Assembly (NCBI GenBank): GCA_023205875.1
Contig: CP060759.1
Coordinates: forward strand, 868,001-932,000
Direction of reading: 5' to 3'
DNA: 64,000 nucleotides
Source of the DNA: Chloropicon primus
Taxonomy: Eukaryota
Shown: positions 19,485 to 30,290 of the stretch, in pieces
Position numbering within the stretch: position 1 is the first letter of the stretch
Layout: each line of letters begins with the position of its first letter
Made by a program: the position numbers and the translations under genes
Notes under the pieces: model-generated
Databases searched by the model: none
Told to the model about the DNA's origin: nothing
Seen by the model: the letters and a program-made list of their open reading frames with translations, nothing else

Positions 19485-19761
19485 TCTCCCTCCCTCCGAG
19501 TCCCAGGTCAGGCCAGGTCAGGTCAGTTTCGCCCTTCGCCCTTCGCTCCTCCCGCCACACGCACAGAGTCTCCTTGCCCGAGGCGTCGAATGGGTCGACC
19601 GACACAACCGACCAAAACCTCGCCGAGGTTGTCGTCGTCGTCGTCGTCGTCGTCGCGGTCCTTCGTTTATTGTTGTCCTCCTCGTCCTCCTCGCTCGCCA
19701 GGAGCACGTGTCATGGTGGACCTGCTCAGCTGCTTGTGTGAGAGGAGGACTACAGGCGTAG

Positions 19762-21612
19762 ATGGATGGTGTGGGGGAGGACTACAGGCGGCGTGCCTTC
19801 GCGGAGGAGCCGGTGGAACTGCGACGAGCGGCGAACGAATTGGCGACGACGTCGACGACAACGCTCCAGGGGGAAGCGGGTTGGTGTGTTCGGTTGTATC
19901 CTCTGCAAGAGCCTCGCACGAAGCAGGACGTGAGCAAGGCGGTCGTCGTGCACCTGGATCTGGACTGCTTTTATGCACAGGTGGAGGAGCTCCTGGATCC
20001 GAGCCTCAAGGGGAAGCCCGTGGGCGTGACGCAGAAGTACCTCGTCGTCACTTGCAACTACGAAGCTAGGAAAGCTGGAATAACCAAGCTGATGAACGTC
20101 AAGGAGGCCATGAGGAAGTGCCCATCATCGCTCGTGTTGCGCAGCGGCGAGGACCTTACCCCTTACCGCTCGTACAGCAGGAAGGCTGAGGCACTTTTGC
20201 AGAAGTTTGGCCCCGTCGAGCGATTGGGTCTCGATGAGTTCTTCGTCGACGTCCAGGCGCTGGTGGACGAGAGGCTCGCGGCCGGGGAGGTTCCTCAGCA
20301 CTTCAGAGGGCACTTGGTGGGAAGCGGAACGTCGGTGAGGGCAGACACTAGGTTCCGGCCGCAAGATCTCAGGTCTGGTGCCTCTTCGGGGACGTTGTTG
20401 GACCTAAACCCGCCAGTAGGGGCAGAGGCCACGGAGGAAGAGCGCAGGCTCGCCGTTGGCTCGGTGATAGCAGCCACGGCCAGGGGCGAACTCCGGCAGC
20501 TGCTCGGGCTCCGGGCCTCAGCAGGCATAACCGTCAACAAGCTTCTCAGCAAGCTCGTGGGGGGACTGCACAAGCCCGACGACCAGACCACAATGCTTTT
20601 CAAAGACGCAGACCTGTTCACCGCGACACTGCCGGTGAGGTGCATCAAGGGCGTGGGCGCACTCACGGAACAAAAGTTCAAGTCGATAGGAGTTCACACA
20701 TGTCTTGATCTGAGGGCGAAGACCGTTGCGGAGATCTCCAAAAGTGTCACAAAGGGGAACCAGGAGTTGGCCAAGTTCTTCCACTTGTGCTCGTGGGGAA
20801 TTGATCTAAGCAGAGTCGTGCCCAAAGGTCCGCCGAAGACCGTTTCCGTTGAGGACAGCTTCAAGTCTCTTGAAGGCTACGAAGCGACCATGAAAGTCCT
20901 CAAATCCGTCTTGGTGCCTGACTTGCTCACCAGGCTTAGGGAAGACTGCGATCAGCACCAAAGGAGGCCGGTGACTCTGACGGTCACGTACCGGACGATG
21001 AGAATGAGGGAGAAGAAGCATTTTGCAAGAAAGAGCCTATCGTGCGCCTTCCCAAGAGCCATGGATACGCCAGAGGTCTCAGAAGCATGCCTCGCACTGC
21101 TTAGGAAGGGGCTGGGAGGCGAGGCGGTCTTCGCCATGACCCTCCTGAATATTGGCGCGAGCCGCTTCACAGATTTCAAGCCGGAAACCGGCAGCAGGAG
21201 GCCCACGACGTCGGTCGCGACCTTCAAGGCTTTCGACGTTCGAGACGGAAGGAGGATTGCAGACGGTTTGACGATGAAACGGAGGAATTACGGAAAGAAT
21301 CCGAGCCTCTTGCTGAGCAAGCAGCAGACTCGGACGCTTGCTTCTACGGGAGAAATCCCAGAGCCAGCAGAATCTCGTGCGACCCCTTCTTCTCTCCCCA
21401 GCATCCAAAGCCACTTCAGGAGTCCAGGAGGCCGACCTTCCCAGCCTGCCGCAGGCCGTAGGAGCGCAGAAGTAGGACTCGGGATCGACATGGAGATCTT
21501 GAAGGAGATGCCCGAGGACGTTCAGAGGGAGTACCGTAATGCCCTAGGATCGCGTAAGAGGGCGAGGGAGGGCCAGGGCGGCTCCATCAGGACGTTCTTC
21601 GCCAAAAAGTAA
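19762..21612 (+). CDS. POLI: Y-family DNA polymerase, iota-like
   Basis: HLDLDCFYAQVE, VTQKYLVVTCNYEAR, GEDLTPYR, ERLGLDEFFVD, KPDDQT; UBM-like GIDMEILKEMPEDVQRE and PIP-like IRTFF. Confidence 0.85.
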   Translation: MDGVGEDYRRRAFAEEPVELRRAANELATTSTTTLQGEAGWCVRLYPLQEPRTKQDVSKAVVVHLDLDCFYAQVEELLDPSLKGKPVGVTQKYLVVTCNYEARKAGITKLMNVKEAMRKCPSSLVLRSGEDLTPYRSYSRKAEALLQKFGPVERLGLDEFFVDVQALVDERLAAGEVPQHFRGHLVGSGTSVRADTRFRPQDLRSGASSGTLLDLNPPVGAEATEEERRLAVGSVIAATARGELRQLLGLRASAGITVNKLLSKLVGGLHKPDDQTTMLFKDADLFTATLPVRCIKGVGALTEQKFKSIGVHTCLDLRAKTVAEISKSVTKGNQELAKFFHLCSWGIDLSRVVPKGPPKTVSVEDSFKSLEGYEATMKVLKSVLVPDLLTRLREDCDQHQRRPVTLTVTYRTMRMREKKHFARKSLSCAFPRAMDTPEVSEACLALLRKGLGGEAVFAMTLLNIGASRFTDFKPETGSRRPTTSVATFKAFDVRDGRRIADGLTMKRRNYGKNPSLLLSKQQTRTLASTGEIPEPAESRATPSSLPSIQSHFRSPGGRPSQPAAGRRSAEVGLGIDMEILKEMPEDVQREYRNALGSRKRAREGQGGSIRTFFAKK

Positions 21613-21656
21613 AGATAAATGGAACTGTTGCGTATCATCATCAGCTGGAGATAAAA

Positions 21657-23644
21657 TTATTGCTTCCATTGCTTCGTTCTTGCTTTTCCTTTTCTTAACA
21701 CGTCGCTGGCCACGTGCTGGAGGGCTCCCGCCAGGGCCCCGAGCACCGCACCAGCTATGATCAATATGAACTCCTCCTCCTGGAAGACTGGGTGGAGAAC
21801 GTTCTCAAACTCGTGCGGAGTCAAGCTCTGAACAGCGAGAGAGACGACAGAGAAGTTAGTTCGTTGTGGACCGTTTAGTGAACTCGAGATTCCAATCAGA
21901 GGACCAAACCTACCTTCAGGCCCTCCTCAAGCATGGGCTGCAAGTCGAGGGTCTGGTCGATGTGGTCATGCAGCACGTGGACGTGCTTCGGCAGCTCCTC
22001 AAGCACTTTCTTCGCGCCCGTGGTTCCCAGACTCCTCACGACGCCATCATCCAGCAAATCTGCCCTTATCCCCATCTGCCCTGCCACTTCATGGATGCGC
22101 TCGACGTTATACTCCGTGAGCAGCTCCTTGAAGCTCTCTTTTTTGGGGCCCGTGAAGAGGTAATTCCAAATCAGCTTTGACTTGAGCAGGTACTTGCAGT
22201 AGAAGTCCGCAAAGGCGGTCGAAACTTCCGCCTGCCTCTGCAAGAATATGCCTTGGATCGTCAGCGGACCGACTTTTACGGGCAGGACAGGCTCGAAGAT
22301 CAACTTCAGGGCCAGCCAGTTTGTCGCGTATCCGACAATCGTGCCACCGATGACCAAGGACCAGATGTTGTCCACGAGGGCCCACACGATAATTTGAGGC
22401 AGGCCCAGCAGGAAGCCAAACCACACGCCGCTGTTGACGAGGAAGGCGAGCTCCTTGTTCCCGCACTCGAGGAAGAACTGGTTAAGGAGTGGCTTGTGCT
22501 TCACGTAGTACTGAGTCACGAACTCGTTCATGTCCAAAATCTTCTCCAAGTTTCCCTGCATGCACCTCACAAAGCCCGCCAAGTAATTGTGCTGGAACTC
22601 CAGAATCGCGTACTTGAGGTCACTCGTGAGCTTTGGGATCACGTGGTTCTCGGCGAACGACACGGACCAGCGGGGGAAGAGAGACCTGCCGACATCCCTC
22701 GCCAAGTCTGGTACCTCGATGGACAGGAGGGTGGCGAGCTTGTTCGGATCCAATTTCATGAAAGTCTCCTGCACGTCCACGAGTTTTGTCGTCACCATGC
22801 TCACCATGGCGAATCCCATCTTCGCCGCCTTGGCCGGGACGATTCCTTGCCATCCCAACAGCCCGTGCGGTTGCATGACGTCGCACCCGTAGATGGACCC
22901 AGTCACAAACCTCTTCGCGTTGATTCCCAAAAAGTCGATGGGATAGAATATCATTTGGACGGCGAGCCAGTTCGTGAGCCAGCCGACGAAAGCGGCCACG
23001 AGCGGAATACAAATTGCTTCCACCTTCTTCTTCTTGATCTTCGCGGTCGCTTTCTTCAACAGGAACACCGAGCGTGACTTCAAGTATTCCCTCTCGTTCT
23101 GTATCCCCTTCACCACCCCAAAGAAGACGAGCAGCCTGACAATCGGGTTCTTGGTAATGAAGCCCGTGCCCTTGTTCGGACTCTCCGAAGCGAGAGCTCT
23201 CAGGACGGTGCCGTCGCTGGCAACCAGGAGAACCAGTCCCAAGGTCACCAGGACGAGGCCTAGCCCCCTCCTCCTCCTCCCTTCTTCCCGAGGAGGAGGA
23301 AGGATCTCTGCCTCACACCCTTCCCCCGTCTCACTCCTCAGGCTCGCGCTCGGCCCATGCCCCCTCGGGCGGACCCTCCCCTCCCCGTGCTCCAAGGGCA
23401 GAGCCCAGCGTCCTCTCCTCAAACGGGATGACGATGATGACGATGATGACGATGATGACGATGTTGACGATGATGATGATGTCGTCGACGAAGCCAATCT
23501 GTTTCCACGTCGCCTCTTCGACAAGCCCCCCCCCTTGCTAACGCACCGACACACCCATCGTCCTTGCGTTCTCCCCGAAGTGGACGTGGACCCAACCATG
23601 CCTCCTCCCCTCCGTCCGCCTTGCCCCACGCTGCTCATCCCCAT
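21657..23644 (-). CDS. DUF445-like membrane protein, one 3' intron (~21829-21913)
   Basis: Duplicated VGWLTNWLAVQMIFYP / VGYATNWLALKLIFEP motifs, GWQGIVPAKA; spliced last exon SLTPHEFENVLHPVFQEEEFILIIAGAVLG ending TAA at 21657. Confidence 0.8.
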
Positions 23645-23862
23645 CAGCTGTCCGCTCGTCCCGTGGACAACTGCAACTGGAACTGGACACCTTTGCTTTT
23701 TGGATGGTGGATGGACAAGGTGGGTGGTTTCGTTAGCGATTGAGGGCGCGGGGGGTGGCTGGAAGGAGAGGGAGGGTTTAGGATCGGAAAGATGGTCTCG
23801 AGATCTTTCGTTTGACATGTCGGTTGACCGTCTTCAACGACGAGAGAACCGGTGAGTTTGGA

Positions 23863-25167
23863 ATGATGAGAAGCCGGAAGGGGAAAGGGAACCGGAGGGT
23901 CCTGGGGCTGAGCACCTTCCTCCTCGCTGTCTTTGCGTGCTTCCTCTTGTACGACGCGTCCCACAAGCTGGCTTCCTTGGGCAGGAGCGAGATTCTTCAG
24001 ACAAGGCAGACGAAGGAGCTCTCCGACCACAGGGCTGCCGTCGGGGCGGCGAGAGATGCGGCGAGACAGAAGAGGGTGTTGGAGAAGTCCCCGCTCTCGC
24101 CAGAGGAACTCGGCTCGCTTCGGCGGAAGTGGGCCAGTGCTGTGAACTTGCCCGACGCCAGTGAGCTCGACGCTTACTCCAAAAAGGTCAGGGTCGAGAA
24201 CCTGTTCTTGCATCAGGGCAACTACAAGCGACTGCTGAGGCATTACCTGGAAGATATGGATGGAGGGGACGGCAACAGCAGCACCTCTGGAAGCGAGGGC
24301 ACGGATTCGGTTGACGGCGTGGACGCCTTTATCACAAACAGGCGGTCGTTCCCTGCGAGTTTGAGGTTCCTTCGCAACTACAATTTCGACACTTGCGCTG
24401 TTGTGGGAAACTCAGGGAGCTTGCTCAACGCGACGTTTGGCAAATGCATCGACAGCCACCACGTCGTATTGAGGTTCAATCAGGCGCCTCGAGGGGACTC
24501 CGGCAACAATCTGAAGCGCCAGGTGGGCTCAAAAACCACTTTCAGGCTCATCAACACAAGATGGACGCACAAGTACGGGGACGGGAGCCCCTCTCTCCAA
24601 GGATTGCCGTTGGAGACGGGGGTCACAATGGTGGCGACAAGGGCCCACCCCCGGTTATACGAGTCACTTGCGGAGATGCTGAAGAAGAAGAGGCCAGATG
24701 TCAAGCTCCTTTATCTTTCCTCGAGGGTAATCAGCTCGGCTAGAAACTTGCTAGTCGCGTTCAGGCGAAAGCTCGTGGAGGATGAAGCGGGGGAGTATGA
24801 AAAGATTCCGGGGGGCAACACGCCTAGCTCCGGGCTCGTTGGGGTTTACGCGTTGCTGCAAGCCTGCCGGACTCTGGACGTGTATGGTTTTGGCCTCGAT
24901 GACAGTGCAGGCGATGCCCAGGGCTATCACTATTTTGACATCCTTTCCCCAGCTCACGGCAAGAGGAAGGACAGCATGAATCCAACCCATAGTTTTGACA
25001 CCGAGAAGCTCCTGCTGAGAAGCTTGCAAGCCGGGGGGGCGCTCAACCTTTGCGAAGCGCGTCGGGGGGACAGGAAGGCAAGGAGGGAGTGTGGCCTCCA
25101 GGTCCAGAACTCACCAAATCGAAGGGCTGCAGACTCTTCTGCGGGCCTCTTCGACATGATTGACTAA
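23863..25167 (+). CDS. Glycosyltransferase family 29 (sialyltransferase-like), type II membrane protein
   Basis: N-terminal TM; sialylmotif L (TCAVVGNSGSL..IDSHHVVLRFN..VGSKTT), S (PSSGLVG..C..VYGF), motif III (YHYF) and VS (HSFDTE). Confidence 0.88.
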   Translation: MMRSRKGKGNRRVLGLSTFLLAVFACFLLYDASHKLASLGRSEILQTRQTKELSDHRAAVGAARDAARQKRVLEKSPLSPEELGSLRRKWASAVNLPDASELDAYSKKVRVENLFLHQGNYKRLLRHYLEDMDGGDGNSSTSGSEGTDSVDGVDAFITNRRSFPASLRFLRNYNFDTCAVVGNSGSLLNATFGKCIDSHHVVLRFNQAPRGDSGNNLKRQVGSKTTFRLINTRWTHKYGDGSPSLQGLPLETGVTMVATRAHPRLYESLAEMLKKKRPDVKLLYLSSRVISSARNLLVAFRRKLVEDEAGEYEKIPGGNTPSSGLVGVYALLQACRTLDVYGFGLDDSAGDAQGYHYFDILSPAHGKRKDSMNPTHSFDTEKLLLRSLQAGGALNLCEARRGDRKARRECGLQVQNSPNRRAADSSAGLFDMID

Positions 25168-25209
25168 ATAAAAGTGTGTGTTCATAAAAAGAAGAAGAGT
25201 GTTTTGTTT

Positions 25210-27228
25210 TTATTTGTACTTGGACAGTTGTTGCATGTAGCGATCGACAGGATACTCGTACCACGGCGCCCTCATTAGTCCCTTCATCCACTCCAAGCGC
25301 TTGTCACTCTCCATGTGAAGCTCTTTCCTGAACTTGTACCGAAGGACAGACATGAGCTTAGACGGGTCCTCCAAGAGGGCGTTCAAGTCATATGCCTCCT
25401 CTACCTGTTCGCCAAAGGCCTGGAGCTCCTCTGTGTATGTCGTGATGAGATCATCCAAATCCTTAACCTCCTTTTCCAGGTGGATCTCGTCCTTCTTCGC
25501 GTAGTCTTCCAGGTACACCGTCAGCAAAAGCTTCTTGTGAAGAAGGTACATCATTCTGTGCACCATGCCAAATGAAACGATCTCCACAACCTTCTTCTTA
25601 TCGTCCTTCGGAACCTTCCCCTTCATTTCCACGAGCTTTTCCTTCATCTTCTCCTCGGGGTATTCCACCTTGAAGGAAGCTTTACGCTTGTGCTCAATAG
25701 CGCGCTTCAAGGGGTGCAGCCACTTGGTCGCGTACTCCTTGAGGCCTGGATCACTATCGCTGCGATTGAACACCTCTATGTGTGCCTGGGACTCCAAGAG
25801 TTTCGTGAACTCCACAGCCGCATAGGCGGTCTTTCCCTGGAATTTCTTCCCTTGCGCCCTTGCCTTCAAGTACATCCCGACCCCGTACACCATCCCGAAA
25901 GTGGAAAGGAGGAACTGGAACATGTATGGCATGCCCACGATCAGCACATCCATGACGAACTTCAAGGTCTGCACGTTTGCCTCGGCTTGCTTCATCATCA
26001 CGGTTTCCTTGCTTCCAGTCTTGAGAAGGTTTGAGTAAGCATCCTTAATCTTCATGAAGAGCTCCTGCGCCTTCGGATCAGGGTTTTTGTCCGGATGAAG
26101 GTTCCTAGAGTGGGTCCTAAAAGCTTTCTTGATCGCGGCAGCGCTAGCGTTCTCCGGTACTCCCAAAATCTGGTAGTAAGACTTTTCGGCGCTGACACCC
26201 CAAATCATCTGGAACATCTTGACTCTCTTGTTTCTGTGCAACTTCATGATCCTCTTATCGTTCCATTCTGTGAACATCAAGGGGGCTCCATACAAGAGGG
26301 GCAAGATCACAGGGAGCATCAGCATCCAGGACAAGATTATCGAAAGGGGCTGCGCGAACCTTCTTCCGGCTTTCTTTGCGAGGAACTGCACCAAGTCAAA
26401 CGCATACTTGAGTCCGAAGCCAATGAACGCCAACATACTCCCGTAGGAAAACCTCCAGTAGAGCACGAATCCCAGCTTTGGGAAAAATCTCAGCCACTTC
26501 TCCATGTGAAGGAGAGCGAGCGATACGTCCAGAGTATGGTAGAGGACATCGCCAGCCGCGTTCTTCACATAAACATCGTCCCCTCGCTCCAAGAGCATAA
26601 CAAAGAAGAGGTACAGGACTCCCCCAACGGCGCCAACCCTCACCCAGGACATGGCGCTCTCCCGGTGCCACGAGGGCTGGGGGAGAACGTCGGTCACAAG
26701 TTGTGTTGCCCCGTCCCTCAGCTGCCCTGCAACCAGCGCCCTCGAGAAGTCAGAGGTCGTTCCACCACCCCCGAGTGAGTACGTGATGCCGAAATACATC
26801 ACCAGCGATATCGCGAAGGACCTTGCCGATTTCACGAACTTCGACCGGACCTGCCCCTTGCCTTTCAGCTTCTTCTTACTGCTTCCAACGTGCTTGGGCA
26901 GGGAGGCCAAGAGCTTCTGTCCAGGCATTGCGCTGACCTGCTCGCCTTCTCCTTTCTCTCCCTCCTTGGCCCTTCCCTTCGAGCTCAGCTTCGAGTAGGC
27001 GAACATCAGCAGCCGGTACACGTAGTACACCAGCGCGCTCACCATGACGAGTTCTCTAGGATTTGGATTCTCGTACAACTTTTGGAAGCTCATGCCCAGG
27101 ATCTGATGCTTGAGCTCCCCCCCGTGGAACACAACTGCGACTCGAACGTCCTCATACACCTTGTCCAGGAGGTACTTGGCATCCCCAAGCGTGGAGTTGG
27201 CGACCGCCAACAACCACGCCACGTCCAT
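25210..27228 (-). CDS. Multi-pass membrane DnaJ-domain protein
   Basis: J domain YYQILGV..IKKAFR..LHPDKNP..FMKIKDAY; flanking TM segments. Confidence 0.85.
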   Translation of the reverse strand: MDVAWLLAVANSTLGDAKYLLDKVYEDVRVAVVFHGGELKHQILGMSFQKLYENPNPRELVMVSALVYYVYRLLMFAYSKLSSKGRAKEGEKGEGEQVSAMPGQKLLASLPKHVGSSKKKLKGKGQVRSKFVKSARSFAISLVMYFGITYSLGGGGTTSDFSRALVAGQLRDGATQLVTDVLPQPSWHRESAMSWVRVGAVGGVLYLFFVMLLERGDDVYVKNAAGDVLYHTLDVSLALLHMEKWLRFFPKLGFVLYWRFSYGSMLAFIGFGLKYAFDLVQFLAKKAGRRFAQPLSIILSWMLMLPVILPLLYGAPLMFTEWNDKRIMKLHRNKRVKMFQMIWGVSAEKSYYQILGVPENASAAAIKKAFRTHSRNLHPDKNPDPKAQELFMKIKDAYSNLLKTGSKETVMMKQAEANVQTLKFVMDVLIVGMPYMFQFLLSTFGMVYGVGMYLKARAQGKKFQGKTAYAAVEFTKLLESQAHIEVFNRSDSDPGLKEYATKWLHPLKRAIEHKRKASFKVEYPEEKMKEKLVEMKGKVPKDDKKKVVEIVSFGMVHRMMYLLHKKLLLTVYLEDYAKKDEIHLEKEVKDLDDLITTYTEELQAFGEQVEEAYDLNALLEDPSKLMSVLRYKFRKELHMESDKRLEWMKGLMRAPWYEYPVDRYMQQLSKYK

Positions 27229-27483
27229 CCTTCGCCGAACAAACCAACCTTCAGACAAAAAAGAAAGAAAACGGGTTTCTCAGTTCCCCGTCCAATCCCC
27301 ACCATTTTGCGTCATTTCTTTCAACTTCGGGGTCGTTCGAGAGATAAAGAGACGACGCTTCCGTCTGCCACTTCAGCGTCCCCCCTCAATACACGCCGAG
27401 CGCGTCCAAACCATCGCAATCCCGAGCGAACTTACCTCTCCCTCCTTCCGCTTGGGTCCTCCCTCTTGACAAAAAATTCACCC

Positions 27484-28732
27484 ATGGCCTTGGGAAATCC
27501 GTTTCCCAAAGGGACCAGGACGACCAGGTCTGCTCCTTGCCAAAGGTCTTGGCCACTGCACCAAGTTCAGTGGTGGTTCCTTGCAAAGGCATCGTGGCAC
27601 CGTCTTAGGCATCCAAGGGTCTGCTCCTGCCAAGGTCTTGCTTCCACGTTGCGAAGAGCGAAGAGGCTCAAAGCAAAGGTAATCATCCATCCATTTGTTG
27701 TGTCTGACTCAAGAGGAGTTTCAGTTTCAAACTCCAGGGAGCTCCACTACAGTATGGACCGCATCAACAGCGATCTTTACGTGGAAGTCCCGGTGAACTC
27801 GAGGCCAAAGGCTGCTGAGGATGTGTCTAGCGCAAGCAAGTCGGCGAAAGCCCAGAAAGCTCGTGGGTTCGACCCAGGGAAAGCTCTTGGTGGCATCGGG
27901 GCAGCGTCGAGCACGAGGAGTGCGTGCCATACCAGGGGGGACGGAAAGTACCAGAACGGGACAAGCTTTCTTCAGGAGGGGAACAAGGTTCACATCGGCC
28001 CAGCAGCATTCTCAGCGGAGAACATCGAGGAGACCATGAGGGAGCTTGACAAGTTCGGTGTTTTCGGTGCGAGGCAGGGGACGGCCGAGGGGAGGGCCGA
28101 GGGGTCCTTGGCGACGGCCAAGGCGGAGAAGCCTGGTGGTCACAGCGGTCCAGCCACTTCGTCGTTAGCTCCGCTGGATACTCAGATGGTTCAGGACCTT
28201 GAAAAATTCCTCAGTCTCAGCGAAAAGGTGCAGAAGTCAAGGACTCTGGACGAGTCACTCAGCGGGTTGTACGACATCTCTGGCGAGGCGGGGCACTCGA
28301 AGGCCGATGGTGGTGCGGGGTCACTCACACTTGGCAGGAGCGAACCGGATCACTCGATCAAGTGGATTCCGGAAGAGGCTAGTCCACGGAAACTCGAGGT
28401 ACGGGTGAAGCTGCCGGAGGTGGACTCGGTGAAGGACGTGACGCTGACATTGGAGGACTCCAAGAAACTGGGGAGAACGTTATCCGTGTCCTCCTGGAAG
28501 CACGAGCTCAAGGTAAGGATCTGCCCCCCCGCTCTCACACACGCGCACACGCACGCACGCCCCTCGCTCGCGATTGACACCTCGGGGATTGGATTCTCTC
28601 TGCCGCTGTTGTTGCGTGTTGGATCTTCCGCAGATCCCCGTCGACCGTTTCCCAGCCGGTGCCGTCGAAGCGTTGAAGCCCAGAGCCAAGTGGAACAAGG
28701 AGAAGAAGACGCTCAAAGTCGTGCTGAGTTAA
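27484..28732 (+). CDS. PIH1/CS-domain co-chaperone-like protein (intron 28513-28632; 5' structure uncertain)
   Basis: LEVRVKLPEVDSVKDVTL in the main exon and spliced C-terminus PRAKWNKEKKTLKVVLS*, typical of a PIH1 C-terminal CS domain. Confidence 0.5.
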
Positions 28733-28850
28733 CAAGGGTTGTGGCGGTGGTGCAGTGTAAACAAGAGGAGTTCTCTCTCTTATTATTGCTGTTTGCCTTT
28801 TTTGTCAATAAAGCTGTAAGTTGAATACAAACCGCAGATTTTATATATGC

Positions 28851-29852
28851 TTATTCATCCTTGGTCTCCTCCTCCTTGGTCTCCTCCTCAGGCCTGTCCA
28901 CCGCGGCGGCGACGATCTCGTCTGAGTAATCGCCGTGAACCTCAAGGAGCTTCTGCAAGTCGAACCTTGGGGTCTTCAAAACCTTGCACTTTCTAATAGC
29001 CACGTTCTGAAGTGGGAAGATGCTGCTGCAAGACTTCTGGATCTCCTTTCCGATCACCTCAGGGATGAACTTGTTCACGAGCTCCTTCAAGTCGCAGCTG
29101 GAGGCGTGCTTCTTCATGATCTCAACCATCTTGGCGCGGATCTGCCTGATTTGGGCAGACTGGGCGTAGCAGCTCCTCTTAATCTGGTTCTGCCTCTTCT
29201 TGGTGAAGGCGATGCAGAAGATTCTAAGGTAGTAGTCGTCGGTGGTCTTGACATCAACGAAGGCCTCGATGAGAGTCTGCCACTTGCGGACCAAGGAGCG
29301 GAGCTTGTCCGTGGTGAAGTCCATACCGTGGAACTGGGTCAAGCAGTTCTTGCCCTGAATGTCATCACACCTCAGCTTGATCTTCCTGAAGGCCTGGTCC
29401 TCGTCCTGGTTCAAGTCCGCCAAGGAAACCTCGTACACTCTTCCCTTGAGTCCGTCGGAGGCAAGCTAAGAGCAAAAGAAAGCAAAAGAAAGGAGTCAGC
29501 ACTCACGAATTCACCAAAGCCGTGAAAGGTTTCTTCCCCTTACCTTGGTACCCTGAGTACGCGTGACAAGAGTCTGCCCGAAAGTTCTGGTGGAGAACAT
29601 CGTTGGGGCCTTGAGGGAGTACCAGTCCTTCTTCGTGAAGGGGTCCACACTGTCGTTGTCGCAGCATCACAACATCAAAGAGAAGAAGAGAAACTCGAGG
29701 GTTAGTGAACCTTTCGTGGACGACCCGCAACGCGCGCGCGCGCCGGGAAAACACACACACACACACGCCAGGTCGAGCGCCTCTGTCACTTACATCTTCT
29801 TCTTTCCACCCTTCTTTCCCTTGGAGATACGCTTGTTCTTTCCAACCGCCAT
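28851..29852 (-). CDS. RPS3A: 40S ribosomal protein S3a (eS1), two introns
   Basis: Exon 1 [19 protein letters not shown]; exon 2 [24 protein letters not shown]; exon 3 [38 protein letters not shown]. Confidence 0.97.
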
Positions 29853-30290
29853 GGTGCCACTTTGTCTTCACGAAGTCGCCCGCACGTCTTGTTCTGTTCT
29901 GTGCCTCCTCTCCTCGCCTTCCCTCCCTTTCCCCATCCCTCCCGAGGGGCGAAGACCAGAAATCTACTTGAGGATCAGTTTGGCGGCCGATTGTCCGCCG
30001 CCACCAAAAAAAAAACTTTTTTCGGATCCCTCCACGGGAAAATGGCTTCGGATTCTTTACACGACTCGTGATATAGGTGTACCACGCGTCATCCCCAACT
30101 TGAGGCTCAGAAGCGTCCAAGCGGAGAGAAGCGACCGGCGGACCGCTGTCTCGTCGCAAACTCGGCCTCTCCGCCGTCGTCGTCGAGTTGGGCGCTCTCC
30201 ATCTCGATCTCGATCTCGAAGGGATTTGGATTTGATCGGGATTCACTTTTTTTTCTTCTTTTTATCGATCGACGACGTCCTCCTCTGAGG

